DNA from: a virus
Lineage: Duplodnaviria; Caudoviricetes
Strand: one strand, 5' to 3'
IMG/VR virus record: IMGVR_UViG_3300050343_000137
Coordinates: 1 to 56,718 of that record
Length of the DNA: 56,718 nt
In this document: positions 35,165 through 44,937 of the stretch, one piece after another
Layout: every line of letters starts with the position of its first letter
Position numbering within the stretch: position 1 is the stretch's first letter
Position numbers and translations under genes: made by a program
The notes under the pieces: model-generated
The model's input: only the letters and a program-made list of their open reading frames with translations
What the model was told of the DNA's origin: nothing
Database searches by the model: none

Positions 35165-36664
35165 ATGGCGAATAGACCAATTCATGTTGTGGAATCTGGC
35201 GGAGACTCTACAGGATTAAAAGAATTTGCAGATGGTGCTGACTCTGGTGTTCAATTACCTACTGGTACTACTGCACAAAGAGACTCATCAGCTTCAGCTG
35301 GTGAAATAAGATTTAATACTGAAAATAAAAAAATAGAATATTATGATGGTGCCAATTGGCAATCAAGTTCTTTTATAAATGTAGACGATGCTGAGTATGA
35401 TGGAGCTTTTACAGTTGAAGGTACAGATTATTCTAATCAAACTGCTGGAGAAAGCAGTGGTGCTCAAAGACCGGGTAACAACGGTACTTGGTTAGACTTT
35501 AGTACAACTTCTCAAATTGGTAGCAGTGCTACTTGGTCATTTCAAAATCTAGTCGGTAATGTTAATTACTCTAAATTTTTACCAGCTGGTCACGACAGAG
35601 CACACGCTGGACTTACAGGAGATGAAGCAAGATTTGGACCTGCTGGTTCTAATACAACTGAAGCAGAAATAACTTCTAGGTATACACCTATTATGGAAAT
35701 AGCAACAAATGCTGAACAAACTGCAATGGGTAACTCTTACAAAAACAAACAAAAAGCAGGAGCTCTTGCTTTTACTACTAGAACAAATGATTATATTTAT
35801 TCTGGTTTTTCACAAAAATTTGGTGGTAATAAAGCATTTGTTAGTGGTGTTACTAACTATATGTTTGGTAACTCTATGGGTTATTATCAAAATACACAAG
35901 GCGTAAATAACTTACTAACATTCTGGAACTCTAACGATAGAGGTGGTCCGATACCTTGGCTTTCTGTTGGTAGAGCATATTATGATGTTAGAGAAAATCA
36001 AATATCTTTCTTTACTGGTGGTACTTTCCAAAAAAGCAACCCCGGTATGAAAGTATCTATTCCACAAACTAGACCTATCGATGGACCTCTAAAAGTAAGT
36101 TCAAAATTTCTGTTAGACTTTCATCCTTCTGGTCATACAATTACGGACAACAACAAAGCTGGTCAAATAGGCTATTTAGATGATGGTTCATCTAACGCAA
36201 TTGTTTATTTTGCAGGAGCTCACGCAAATTCAAGAATTTTACCAATAGATGTACAATCTATCGATAATAAAGAGTTACAGAGAATATTATTCTATGATTT
36301 TAGTAACCAAGAGAACAAAATAAGAGATTACAAGGTTGTATTTTACAATAGCAATAACAGCGGTAATAAAACTCTTGTTATTAATCCAACTAACCTTAAA
36401 GTTGTAGGTGCTTCTGCTAACTTTACTGTTGAAACAAATAGCAGTTCATTAGCAGGTAAGCACGAATCTGTTAAAACATATGCAGAAGCTGCTGCTTTAA
36501 CAACTACATCAACGCAATTTTTTGACTCTACTTTTCCATCAGCTGGTTCACAAACCTCATATACAGTTACATCAAAAGGTATAGTAACAATGAATGTCAT
36601 TCGACACGGTAGTGGTTCACAAATGCACGTTCTTTTTGAAAATCTAAACACACAAGGATTATAA
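35165..36664 (+). CDS. Putative receptor-binding fibre protein
   Basis: RPIHV..GLKEF, LPTGTTAQR, GEIRFNTE...EYYDG N-module followed by a unique beta-rich body. Confidence 0.7.
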   Translation: MANRPIHVVESGGDSTGLKEFADGADSGVQLPTGTTAQRDSSASAGEIRFNTENKKIEYYDGANWQSSSFINVDDAEYDGAFTVEGTDYSNQTAGESSGAQRPGNNGTWLDFSTTSQIGSSATWSFQNLVGNVNYSKFLPAGHDRAHAGLTGDEARFGPAGSNTTEAEITSRYTPIMEIATNAEQTAMGNSYKNKQKAGALAFTTRTNDYIYSGFSQKFGGNKAFVSGVTNYMFGNSMGYYQNTQGVNNLLTFWNSNDRGGPIPWLSVGRAYYDVRENQISFFTGGTFQKSNPGMKVSIPQTRPIDGPLKVSSKFLLDFHPSGHTITDNNKAGQIGYLDDGSSNAIVYFAGAHANSRILPIDVQSIDNKELQRILFYDFSNQENKIRDYKVVFYNSNNSGNKTLVINPTNLKVVGASANFTVETNSSSLAGKHESVKTYAEAAALTTTSTQFFDSTFPSAGSQTSYTVTSKGIVTMNVIRHGSGSQMHVLFENLNTQGL

Positions 36665-36665
36665 A

Positions 36666-36827
36666 ATGAATATTGACGGGTTTATAGACAGAGAGGGATG
36701 GACCAAATGGGAAGACAATTTTGACTTTCTTGGTGAAACTCTTGAAGATATAGCTAATGCATTAGTTGAATGTAATCATTCAGAATTAGTTGCAAAAGCT
36801 CAATATGTGCTTGATAACGTAGTATAA
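36666..36827 (+). CDS. 53-aa hypothetical protein
   Basis: MNIDGFIDREGWTKWEDNF... fills the gap between two genes. Confidence 0.5.
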   Translation: MNIDGFIDREGWTKWEDNFDFLGETLEDIANALVECNHSELVAKAQYVLDNVV

Positions 36828-36848
36828 TTAAAATAAATTCTGGGAGGA

Positions 36849-37670
36849 ATGGTGGACAAAAATATATTTCATTTAGTGGGTATGCCACGTGCTGGTAACA
36901 CAGTATTAGGTGGTATTATCAATCAAAATCCAGACTTACAAGTTAGTCCTTTAAGTCCTTTAAGTAGAACTGTAAGTACTTTACATCAATCTTTTGAAGG
37001 AGAAGCTTGGGAAAACTTTGACTGGTCTGCTGAACAAGATACCTTAGCAAGAAAAGTTGCACAAGCTTGGTATTCAGAATCTAAAGCAAATAATATTATA
37101 GACAGAGGTAATTGGTTTCCAGAAGTAGTTAAAAGATTATCTGATAATCCAAAAGTAATTATTTTACAAAGAGATGTGTTTGAAGTATTTGCTAGTTTTA
37201 TAAAATGGGCAAATGAAAATATAGAAAACTTTATATATACAAATGTAATGTCAAGAAAACCAGAAGATGTTATGTCTTATTTGTCTGAATACGGTAATGT
37301 ACAAACATCAGCAAGAATGATTTATACATATCAAAAATATTTAGAAGAAAATGATGATATTGATGTTATGTATTTAGACTATGAAGATTTAACTGGTGAT
37401 ACAGAAAATTCTATAAACAAACTGTACGAATTTTTAGAAGTGGAAACGTTTGAACACAATTATCAAAATATAGGTCAATTTACATTTGAAGGTGAAAAAT
37501 ATAACGATTCAAGAGTAGGTGCAAATTTACACAAACTTAAAGAAGGTAAAATACAAACTTCTTCACACGATATTGAATGGTTATTTCCAAGAGAACTATA
37601 TGCTAGATGGGTAAATATGAATGAACTTATATATACCCCAGAACAATTAGAGGAGAAATATAACAAATGA
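36849..37670 (+). CDS. Sulfotransferase family protein
   Basis: 5'-PSB loop GMPRAGNTVL..I.NQNP, 3'-PB KVIILQRD..EV.AS, YEDL. Confidence 0.88.
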   Translation: MVDKNIFHLVGMPRAGNTVLGGIINQNPDLQVSPLSPLSRTVSTLHQSFEGEAWENFDWSAEQDTLARKVAQAWYSESKANNIIDRGNWFPEVVKRLSDNPKVIILQRDVFEVFASFIKWANENIENFIYTNVMSRKPEDVMSYLSEYGNVQTSARMIYTYQKYLEENDDIDVMYLDYEDLTGDTENSINKLYEFLEVETFEHNYQNIGQFTFEGEKYNDSRVGANLHKLKEGKIQTSSHDIEWLFPRELYARWVNMNELIYTPEQLEEKYNK

Positions 37671-38101
37671 ATATATTAATTTACGGTCTACCTACAAGTG
37701 GTAAAACTACTTTTGCAGAGAAGTTAGTAGAAAAAGTTGGTACTAACATAATAAGACATATTAATGCTGACAAAGTTAGAGAAGCATTTGGTGATTGGGA
37801 GTTTACTCCACAAGCTAGACAAAGACAAGCTTTAAGAATGTCTGCTCTTGCAAAAATAAATGATGTCGATGGATTTAGTTCAATTGTAGATTTTGTATGT
37901 CCATTTAATGCTTATAGAGAGATGCCTTTATGGGATATGACTATATGGGTAAATACTATATGTGAATCCCCATATGAAGATACAAATAAAGCTTTTGAAG
38001 AACCAAAAAAAGAACCTACTTATACAATTTTTAATTGGGAAGAAGTAGATGATATTGTTGAAGAAGTAGCTTACAAGTTACTCAACCAAGAGGAAGAATA
38101 A
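37667..38101 (+). CDS. cysC: Adenylylsulfate (APS) kinase-like protein
   Basis: GLPTSGKTT P-loop, NADKVR...DWEFT..AR.RQ, VDFVCP, FEEP. Confidence 0.82.
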   Translation: MNILIYGLPTSGKTTFAEKLVEKVGTNIIRHINADKVREAFGDWEFTPQARQRQALRMSALAKINDVDGFSSIVDFVCPFNAYREMPLWDMTIWVNTICESPYEDTNKAFEEPKKEPTYTIFNWEEVDDIVEEVAYKLLNQEEE

Positions 38102-38499
38102 TGTTTGACCCTAAAAAACCTACAGTACAAATGCTTGGTAGATGGCAACCATTTCACGATGGTCACTTAGCTCTATTTAAAGAAGCTTTAAAGAAGACAG
38201 GTCAAGTATGTATTATGGTCAGAGACACTGGTGGCACTGACGATAGTAATCCATTTGACTTTGATTTCGTAAAAGAAAAGATTGAAGAAGCACTTATTCC
38301 AGAGTATGAAGGTAAGTTTGTAGTACAGCTAGTACCTAACATTACCAACATAAGTTATGGTCGTGGTGTAGGTTATGCAATAGAAGAGATTGTACTACCA
38401 GATGAAATACAAAAGATATCAGCCACAGGTATTCGTGCTAAAATGAAAGAGATAGGTAAAGATATTCTCGCTTCGCACGAAAATATAATAGAGCCTTAA
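38101..38499 (+). CDS. HIGH-motif nucleotidyltransferase (cytidylyltransferase-like)
   Basis: LGRWQPFHDGH, NPF, YGRGVGY, ISATGIR. Confidence 0.85.
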   Translation: MFDPKKPTVQMLGRWQPFHDGHLALFKEALKKTGQVCIMVRDTGGTDDSNPFDFDFVKEKIEEALIPEYEGKFVVQLVPNITNISYGRGVGYAIEEIVLPDEIQKISATGIRAKMKEIGKDILASHENIIEP

Positions 38500-38524
38500 A
38501 GTTTAACCTAATCACCATTAGGTA

Positions 38525-38563
38525 GAAAGCGGGACTTCACCACAGTCTCGCTTTCGCATTTTT
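38525..38563 (+). terminator. Terminator-like hairpin after the sulfation trio
   Basis: GAAAGCGGGACT...AGTCTCGCTTTC followed by gcaTTTTT. Confidence 0.7.
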
Positions 38564-38598
38564 GTCTTAAAAAAACTATTTTGCGAAAACTCTAAAAA

Positions 38599-38620
38599 CG
38601 TCATATTACATTGCTATACT
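38599..38620 (+). promoter_or_regulatory. Extended -10 promoter with PafBC/RecA-NDp-like -26 element
   Basis: CGTCAT-N10-TATACT with TG extension. Confidence 0.5.
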
Positions 38621-38653
38621 GAAAGTGTATAAAAAAATATATGAGGAGAGTAT

Positions 38654-38902
38654 ATGGCTGAAGAACCAAAAATTGATATACAAGAAGTTGCAAATCGTTA
38701 TAACAATCTTCTTGGGGAATATAACAAACAACGTAAGATGATTGATAAGATGGCTATTAAAATAGCTCAACATACAGTCGAAATTACGGAAAGAGATGTT
38801 GTTATTGATACATTAAAAACAATGATTCCTACTGATAAACTACCATCAGCAGAAGCAGCTGTTGAAGCAGCAGTATCTGAAACAGTTCTAGAAGAAGAGT
38901 AA
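38654..38902 (+). CDS. Hypothetical coiled-coil protein
   Basis: GAGGAG RBS, 82 aa. Confidence 0.7.
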   Translation: MAEEPKIDIQEVANRYNNLLGEYNKQRKMIDKMAIKIAQHTVEITERDVVIDTLKTMIPTDKLPSAEAAVEAAVSETVLEEE

Positions 38903-38906
38903 TATA

Positions 38907-39167
38907 ATGTCTAAAAATATAGACTTTTACTCTGCTGTGCAAGAACTTCAAGATGAACGCAAGAGACGCAATTTAAAACTAGATGTTGAAATAGATAAAC
39001 TTAAGTCTCAAGGATTTGACCAGACAGTTACTACACTGGTTCAAGCCTTAGGAGACCCTTCTATAACCAACAATGTCATTTCAACACATTTGAAGACAAT
39101 AGAAGTAATTGTTTCTGAAAGCGCAATTCGTAGATGGAGAATAGACAATGGCATCCTCAGAGGATAA
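38907..39167 (+). CDS. Small protein with possible C-terminal HTH
   Basis: NNVISTHL...VSESAIRRWR; precedes the phosphoesterase. Confidence 0.6.
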   Translation: MSKNIDFYSAVQELQDERKRRNLKLDVEIDKLKSQGFDQTVTTLVQALGDPSITNNVISTHLKTIEVIVSESAIRRWRIDNGILRG

Positions 39168-40398
39168 AGATAAAGCAAATAAATTTAGAGATGCTCTAAA
39201 TTTTAAAAAAGCAGAACAAGCAGTACCAGATGAAGTTAAAAAACTAGGTTCCTTTAAAGAAGTAGACAAAGCTACAGGTTTAACTAAATTTTCTGATTTT
39301 ATTGAATCTGAAGATGTAGTTGAAAACTTTGATGATATACTTAGACATTTCAATAGAGACCCTAAAAAATATTATGTTGTAGGGAGCAGTGTAAAGTTTA
39401 GACAATGGACAGCAGCAGATGGTTCTACTGCTAATCATATTATGTGCGATATAGCATCTAAAGACCCTAATGTTAATGATGAGATATTAAAATCTTCGAA
39501 AGATGCATTAAAGAACTGGAAACCAGTACGTTTCAATGCAAAAGCCAAGGGCGATTCAAGCTTCGTAGTAATCTTAAGTGACTGGCAACTCGGTAAAAAC
39601 GAGAGAGGTGGTACTGAACAGTTAATAAAAAGAATAGAGATTGGTCTTGCTGAAACAATTTGGAGATTTAAAAATCTTTCAAAATTTACTAATTTTGATG
39701 AAATTATAGTGGCATCCTTAGGTGATATCGTCGAAGGGTGTGATGGATTCTACGCACAGCAAACTTATTCTGTCGAATATTCAGACGCTCATCAGCTACA
39801 GCTTGCTGTAACTTTGATGCAAACGGTATTGTTAGAACTAACTAAGTTGGGATTGCCAATAACATTTATCGCAGTTCCCGGGAATCATGGTGAGAATCGA
39901 AAAAATGGTAAAAGCTATACAGACTTTATGGACAATAAAGACATAGCTTTAGCTTGGTATGTTGAAAATGCTTTTAGATTTGATAAAAAAATATATAAAC
40001 AATTTAAATTTATATACCCTAACAATCTTGATGATGACATTACATTAACTTATAGCACACATGGGAATCTCTTAGGATTTGCCCATGGACACCAATTTCG
40101 TTCGGGCGGAGGGTCTTTAGCTCTGGGTAAAGCACAAGCTTGGCAAAAAAATCAAAAATATGGTGATTGGGAAGTAGGATTTGCAAACATATTGAACTAT
40201 GGTCACTTTCATCACTTTTCAGTATTAGAAGACCCACAACTTATCATTGGGGCACCAGCGCTAGACGGTGGCTCAAAATGGATTGAACAAACTCATGGAA
40301 AAAGAACTCATGCTGGTATCTTGTCTTATACAGTAGATAAAGGTGGCGCTAATAATATATATATTGCTAAGAAAAAATCACACAAAGACTTTGGCTAA
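39148..40398 (+). CDS. Calcineurin-like metallophosphoesterase (Mre11/SbcD-like)
   Basis: SDWQLG, GDIVEG, GNHG, AHGH and GHFH motifs. Confidence 0.88.
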   Translation: MASSEDKDKANKFRDALNFKKAEQAVPDEVKKLGSFKEVDKATGLTKFSDFIESEDVVENFDDILRHFNRDPKKYYVVGSSVKFRQWTAADGSTANHIMCDIASKDPNVNDEILKSSKDALKNWKPVRFNAKAKGDSSFVVILSDWQLGKNERGGTEQLIKRIEIGLAETIWRFKNLSKFTNFDEIIVASLGDIVEGCDGFYAQQTYSVEYSDAHQLQLAVTLMQTVLLELTKLGLPITFIAVPGNHGENRKNGKSYTDFMDNKDIALAWYVENAFRFDKKIYKQFKFIYPNNLDDDITLTYSTHGNLLGFAHGHQFRSGGGSLALGKAQAWQKNQKYGDWEVGFANILNYGHFHHFSVLEDPQLIIGAPALDGGSKWIEQTHGKRTHAGILSYTVDKGGANNIYIAKKKSHKDFG

Positions 40399-40466
40399 AA
40401 AATATACAAGCATGTAATTGTATTTTATAATATATATCGTATACTCTAAGTAAATAAGGAGTATAA

Positions 40467-41267
40467 ATGGGTTATCATTTAATAGAAAATGAAAATCCTA
40501 ATGCTCGACTTAGGGATAACGGAAAAAAAGGAAATTATTATCCTAAGAGGTCGAGGGCTATACAGGGCATTGTAGTTCACACTGCAGAAGGTGGGAAAAA
40601 CGCATTAGGTGTTGCTAAGTATTTAGCAAGCACCGACAGAACGGCATCAGCACACGTAGTAATTGACGATGAAAACATTGTTGATTTACTTCCAGATGAC
40701 TATACAGCATTTCATGTTAGAGGTCATAATTCTAAATCTCTTGGATTAGAGATGGCGTATTATGCATCTGAATGGGGTACTGACAAAGAATACGAAGATT
40801 CTGTAATCAAGTTATCAGCTAAATGGTGTGCAGAGAAATCAAACCTTTACGACATCCCTATGAGGAGAATCAGTCTAGATGATTGGTTTAAAGGAGTTAA
40901 AGGTTTTATATCACACGCTGAATTAGACCCAGACAGAAGAACAGACCCGGGAATAAACTTTCCTTGGGAGCAGTTCTTTACTGTTATGAAGGGTAAAGCA
41001 TACAGAAAAGCACAAAGGCAAGCACCTAAATGGTATGGTAGAATATTTATAGTGCAGTCTCCATATGTTAAAGGTGATGATGTTGCTCAGTGGCAAGATG
41101 CTGCTGGAGGATTATCTGCTGATGGAATTTATGGAAAAAATTCAGCTTTAAGATGTAAAGAAGTACAAAAAATTTCTGGTTTAGTTCCAGATGGCATAGT
41201 GGGTCCACAAACTTGGTATGCAACATTTGGTATGCCAGAAGATGTTAAAAACGGAGTAATTATATGA
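40467..41267 (+). CDS. Endolysin: N-acetylmuramoyl-L-alanine amidase with peptidoglycan-binding domain
   Basis: IVVHTAE, ASAH, SLGLEM, SHAEL...DPG..FPW; DGIYG..., DGIVGPQTW. Confidence 0.92.
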   Translation: MGYHLIENENPNARLRDNGKKGNYYPKRSRAIQGIVVHTAEGGKNALGVAKYLASTDRTASAHVVIDDENIVDLLPDDYTAFHVRGHNSKSLGLEMAYYASEWGTDKEYEDSVIKLSAKWCAEKSNLYDIPMRRISLDDWFKGVKGFISHAELDPDRRTDPGINFPWEQFFTVMKGKAYRKAQRQAPKWYGRIFIVQSPYVKGDDVAQWQDAAGGLSADGIYGKNSALRCKEVQKISGLVPDGIVGPQTWYATFGMPEDVKNGVII

Positions 41268-41842
41268 AATTAGAAGTAATAAGATACAGCTCCCAAAACG
41301 ATTCGACTTTGGGACTACTGTTTGATGTAACACACGGTAAACGACAATTCCTTTGTTACACCATTGAAGATGAATACAGAAGTGTAAAAAAGATGCATGA
41401 GACTCGCATCCCAGAAGGAAGTTATAAATTAAGCCTTAGAAAAGAGGGTGGTTTTCACTCACGTTACCTTAAGAAGTATGGTGCGAATTTTCACAAAGGT
41501 ATGATTTATGTAAACAAAGTTCCTAATTTCGAGTACGTGCTTTGGCATGTGGGGAATTACGAAACTAACACATCGGGCTGTCTCCTGCTAGGAAATTCTT
41601 CAAGCGAAAATATATCTGATAAAAAAGGATATATCGGGGCATCCGTAGCTGCGTACAAACGTGTCTACCCACTTGTAAGAGATGCAATACTAAAAGGTGA
41701 AGAAGTCACTGTCACATATGTTGACTTTGACTACGTGATGGGAAAGCCAACAGTAAAAGTAAAACCACTTAAGCCTAAAAAGCCTTACAACAAGGCTAAT
41801 GCAAAACGCATTATGGGTCGTATTGGTGGAAAATTAAAATAG
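41264..41842 (+). CDS. DUF5675-like (L,D-transpeptidase-fold) lysis-module protein
   Basis: STLG.L, CYTIED, TRIPEGSY, VPNFEYVLWHVGN...TSGCLLLG. Confidence 0.8.
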   Translation: MKLEVIRYSSQNDSTLGLLFDVTHGKRQFLCYTIEDEYRSVKKMHETRIPEGSYKLSLRKEGGFHSRYLKKYGANFHKGMIYVNKVPNFEYVLWHVGNYETNTSGCLLLGNSSSENISDKKGYIGASVAAYKRVYPLVRDAILKGEEVTVTYVDFDYVMGKPTVKVKPLKPKKPYNKANAKRIMGRIGGKLK

Positions 41843-41850
41843 GAGATAAA

Positions 41851-42063
41851 ATGCCAGATTATTGGAGAACAGCCTTAATAAGAGCGGGACGTACATTTGC
41901 ACAAACATTTGTTGCAGTTCTTATGGCTAACCAAGCAGGAATGTTTGAAGCAGATACAGTTATGGCTGCAACCATAGCCGGTGCTTCAGCAGCAGTTTCT
42001 GCAATTCAAAATGCGTTGGAAGACGCACCATTTCCATTTATGTCAAAAATTCCTAAGGGATAA
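41851..42063 (+). CDS. Holin (r1t-like)
   Basis: WRTALIRAGRTFAQT, two hydrophobic segments, directly after the lysins. Confidence 0.85.
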   Translation: MPDYWRTALIRAGRTFAQTFVAVLMANQAGMFEADTVMAATIAGASAAVSAIQNALEDAPFPFMSKIPKG

Positions 42064-42088
42064 TTTTTCGACTATAATAGATTAAGAT

Positions 42089-42112
42089 GGGGACGTTTTA
42101 TACGTCCCTTTC
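42089..42112 (+). terminator. Hairpin/terminator after the holin
   Basis: GGGACGT-tttat-ACGTCCC followed by TTTCTT. Confidence 0.55.
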
Positions 42113-42114
42113 TT

Positions 42115-44481
42115 ATGCGTAAAGGGGCAAATATTTTAAATAAAATCAATACATTTTTTCGTTTACTTATAGTAGGTTTACTTATTTACCCTATGCCTAT
42201 TGCTATGGGTGCAGAAGTAACAGTCAGTGAAAATTTTAATGATTTAAATTATCAAGCAGGTTTAACTGTTAGTGGTGGTAATCAAGCTGCATATATTTAT
42301 GCAGGCGAACAAGATAGGTATGGAACGACAGGTAGTTCATTGGGAATTACAAGTGGCACTTATTCTTTTGAATTTTCTAGTGACATTGATGTATATGAAG
42401 TAGGTTTTGTTGTAGGTGCAGTAAATTATGCTTGGTCTATCAAGTGGTATTACGCTGATGGAACAGATGAAACTGTAAGTAAGAACGCACAAAACAACCA
42501 AAACTTAGATAATATGTATGAAACTATCTACAAGTCATACACTGATTACAATGCTGTAGCAGAAAACACAGATAAATTTATCACAAAGTTTGAAGTTATA
42601 TTATCTGATTTATCAGTATTAGATACTTTATATTGGCAATATGATGACTCAACTTCTACTGGTAGCTTTGCTACTACAACTACTACAACAACAACTGTAT
42701 TGACAAGTGGTATCGGAGACCCAGCTAATCTAACTGTTTCTGCTAATTTACATAACGGTAGTATATCTATTGACTGGGATGCAGCAACAGGATATCAAAC
42801 TAATGCCGAAAGATACGCAGTAGCTTTTAGTAATGACAACTTCCAAAGTATGAACTATGCAGTGGCAACAGGTAATGTCGGAAGTGCTAATGCTTTAAAT
42901 ACAGAATATACATTTACTAAAACATATTTAGATTCAGAGTTTGATGCAGGCGATACTATTTACTTTAAGGTAAGAGCAGACAATGATACAAACTCTCAAT
43001 ACTCTAACTGGACTTCTATAGCTAGTTATACAATACAAGATGTAGCTAGTGGTGTTACAAATGTAGCAATTACAAATAATGAATACCAAGGCTTAAAGCT
43101 TGGTTGGACACAACCTAATACAGGCTGGTCAACTGTAGAGTCGTATAGAATTGAATATAAACTTTCTAGCGAAGATACTTATACAGGTATAGACATTGCA
43201 GATGTATCAACTGTTTCATACTTAATAGAAGATATATCAGCAGGAACCTATGACTTTGTTGTTTACTCTTGTACAGACAATGGTAGCTATTGTCACGGAG
43301 GACAAGCAGGTCCAGTAACTAATTATGAAGTGTTATCTACTACTGCTGTTACTACTACAACTACTACTACAATTTATGTAGCACCTCCTCCACCTCCTCC
43401 ACCTCCTCCTCCAGCTCCAGAAGAGATTATTGTTGATGTAAAAGTAGAAGGTGTTGATAAGACGTATACACAAGCAGATGTTAATGATGGAACTATTGAG
43501 CGTGACCAAGAGCGTATAGATAATGAAAAAGAGTTTGGTTGCTTTATGACTAATGTTGCTTTAGAGCGCGGCGATTGTGAAGGATATAATATTGCTTTGT
43601 ACAACTCTACTACGACCACTACTATCCCCGAAATTATAGAAGAAGAGGTTGTTGAAGAAGAGATTCTTGATGATACAATTACAGAAAAGGATGATATTTT
43701 AGATGATAAAGATACTAAAAAAGATGAAATTACAGATAAAGAGTTATTACCGGATGATGAAATTCCAATCCTTGATGACGAAATCTTTATTGAAGAAGAA
43801 ATATTTGATGATTCTGAAGAGGTTATTACCGACGGAGAGTTGGTTGAAGATAATGTTGAAGAGCCAATTAAAGAAGAAACCCTAGAAGATTTACCTATTG
43901 TAGAAGAGATAATAGAGGATATACCCTCAGTTGAAGAAACTATAATAGAAGTTATGGAAGTTATAGAAATTCCAGAACAAGACAATACAGAAACTGCACC
44001 AAAAATTAATGTTAGTACATTGACTGAAGTGCAAAAAGAGGTTGTTCAAGAACAGGTAACTAAAGTTACTAAAGCTGAAGATGTCCAGAATATGTCTCAA
44101 GAAGAGAAAACTGTTGCAGCTGCAGCTCTTGGTGTTCAAGAAGAAGAGCTAGAAATTGTTGCTGAATTGTCTGAAAATGATGAGAGTGTATCACAAGCGG
44201 TTGAAGAGTTCGTTGAAAGAGCTTCTGAAGTTCCAGAAGGTAACGAATATACTTTAGCTGATGCGATTACCGAGGTACAAGTAGAAGCTTTCCTTGAGAA
44301 TCCTTTACAAGAGTTAACCGACATAAGTATCGAAGAATTTGCAGAAAATTTAGCAAATGTTAGTGAAATAGGTAACGATATGACTAATGACCAAAAAGAA
44401 AAAGCTCAAGAAGTTGTAGTCCCAGTTATAATTGCTTCACAAATTATTGCTCAAGCAGGTTCGTTAATGAGGAGATTTTAA
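42115..44481 (+). CDS. Exported/membrane-anchored protein with FN3 domains, Thr runs, Pro run and acidic stalk
   Basis: Signal-like N-terminus, YFKVRADN...SNW and YRIEYK FN3 motifs, poly-Thr, poly-Pro, E/D/I-rich region, hydrophobic C-terminus. Confidence 0.75.
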   Translation: MRKGANILNKINTFFRLLIVGLLIYPMPIAMGAEVTVSENFNDLNYQAGLTVSGGNQAAYIYAGEQDRYGTTGSSLGITSGTYSFEFSSDIDVYEVGFVVGAVNYAWSIKWYYADGTDETVSKNAQNNQNLDNMYETIYKSYTDYNAVAENTDKFITKFEVILSDLSVLDTLYWQYDDSTSTGSFATTTTTTTTVLTSGIGDPANLTVSANLHNGSISIDWDAATGYQTNAERYAVAFSNDNFQSMNYAVATGNVGSANALNTEYTFTKTYLDSEFDAGDTIYFKVRADNDTNSQYSNWTSIASYTIQDVASGVTNVAITNNEYQGLKLGWTQPNTGWSTVESYRIEYKLSSEDTYTGIDIADVSTVSYLIEDISAGTYDFVVYSCTDNGSYCHGGQAGPVTNYEVLSTTAVTTTTTTTIYVAPPPPPPPPPPAPEEIIVDVKVEGVDKTYTQADVNDGTIERDQERIDNEKEFGCFMTNVALERGDCEGYNIALYNSTTTTTIPEIIEEEVVEEEILDDTITEKDDILDDKDTKKDEITDKELLPDDEIPILDDEIFIEEEIFDDSEEVITDGELVEDNVEEPIKEETLEDLPIVEEIIEDIPSVEETIIEVMEVIEIPEQDNTETAPKINVSTLTEVQKEVVQEQVTKVTKAEDVQNMSQEEKTVAAAALGVQEEELEIVAELSENDESVSQAVEEFVERASEVPEGNEYTLADAITEVQVEAFLENPLQELTDISIEEFAENLANVSEIGNDMTNDQKEKAQEVVVPVIIASQIIAQAGSLMRRF

Positions 44482-44673
44482 GTGAGTAAAATTATAAATA
44501 AAGTATATACAAAGATAAAAGCAATTATGAAAGAATCTGTATCTCAGATTTTTACATTGCTAGGTTTTTTTATTGCTTGGTTAACACTTACAGGCAGTGC
44601 GAAAGATGTTGTAGGAATAGCTATATTATTTTCTATTACAGTTTGGTTGCTAACAATAAACTGGAGAGATTAA
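44482..44673 (+). CDS. Small two-TM membrane protein
   Basis: FTLLGFFIAWLTLTGSAKDVVG; abuts the FN3 gene. Confidence 0.7.
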   Translation: MSKIINKVYTKIKAIMKESVSQIFTLLGFFIAWLTLTGSAKDVVGIAILFSITVWLLTINWRD

Positions 44674-44674
44674 T

Positions 44675-44935
44675 ATGAAATCGTCAATGACAGTATTTCA
44701 AAAATTAAAAATAATCTTAGCAAGAATGATTGCTGTATTTGTAGCAAATGGATTAGCAGTTATCGGGGCAGGTAGTCTTATAGGTGTTGATATAATTAGT
44801 TCAATACTTTTAGCTGGTTCATTAGGAGTAATCAAAGTTGCTGAATCATTAGCAAGAGCTTATATCGACGATGGCAAGATAACTCTAGAAGAAATCAACG
44901 AAAGTTTCGCTATAATGGAGAAGAAGAAGAAATAA
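44675..44935 (+). CDS. Small two-TM membrane protein (holin-like)
   Basis: Two hydrophobic helices followed by DDGKITLEEIN. Confidence 0.65.
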   Translation: MKSSMTVFQKLKIILARMIAVFVANGLAVIGAGSLIGVDIISSILLAGSLGVIKVAESLARAYIDDGKITLEEINESFAIMEKKKK

Positions 44936-44937
44936 TT

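Noticed and set aside
27148-36664. Diversity-generating retroelement or invertase shufflon acting on fibres
   Set aside because: No reverse transcriptase or recombinase in the window, no adenine-specific TR/VR pair noticed, and all cassettes face the same way.
43374-43985. 203-aa Ser/Ile-rich minus-strand ORF
   Set aside because: Antisense shadow of the acidic GAA/GAT-rich stalk.
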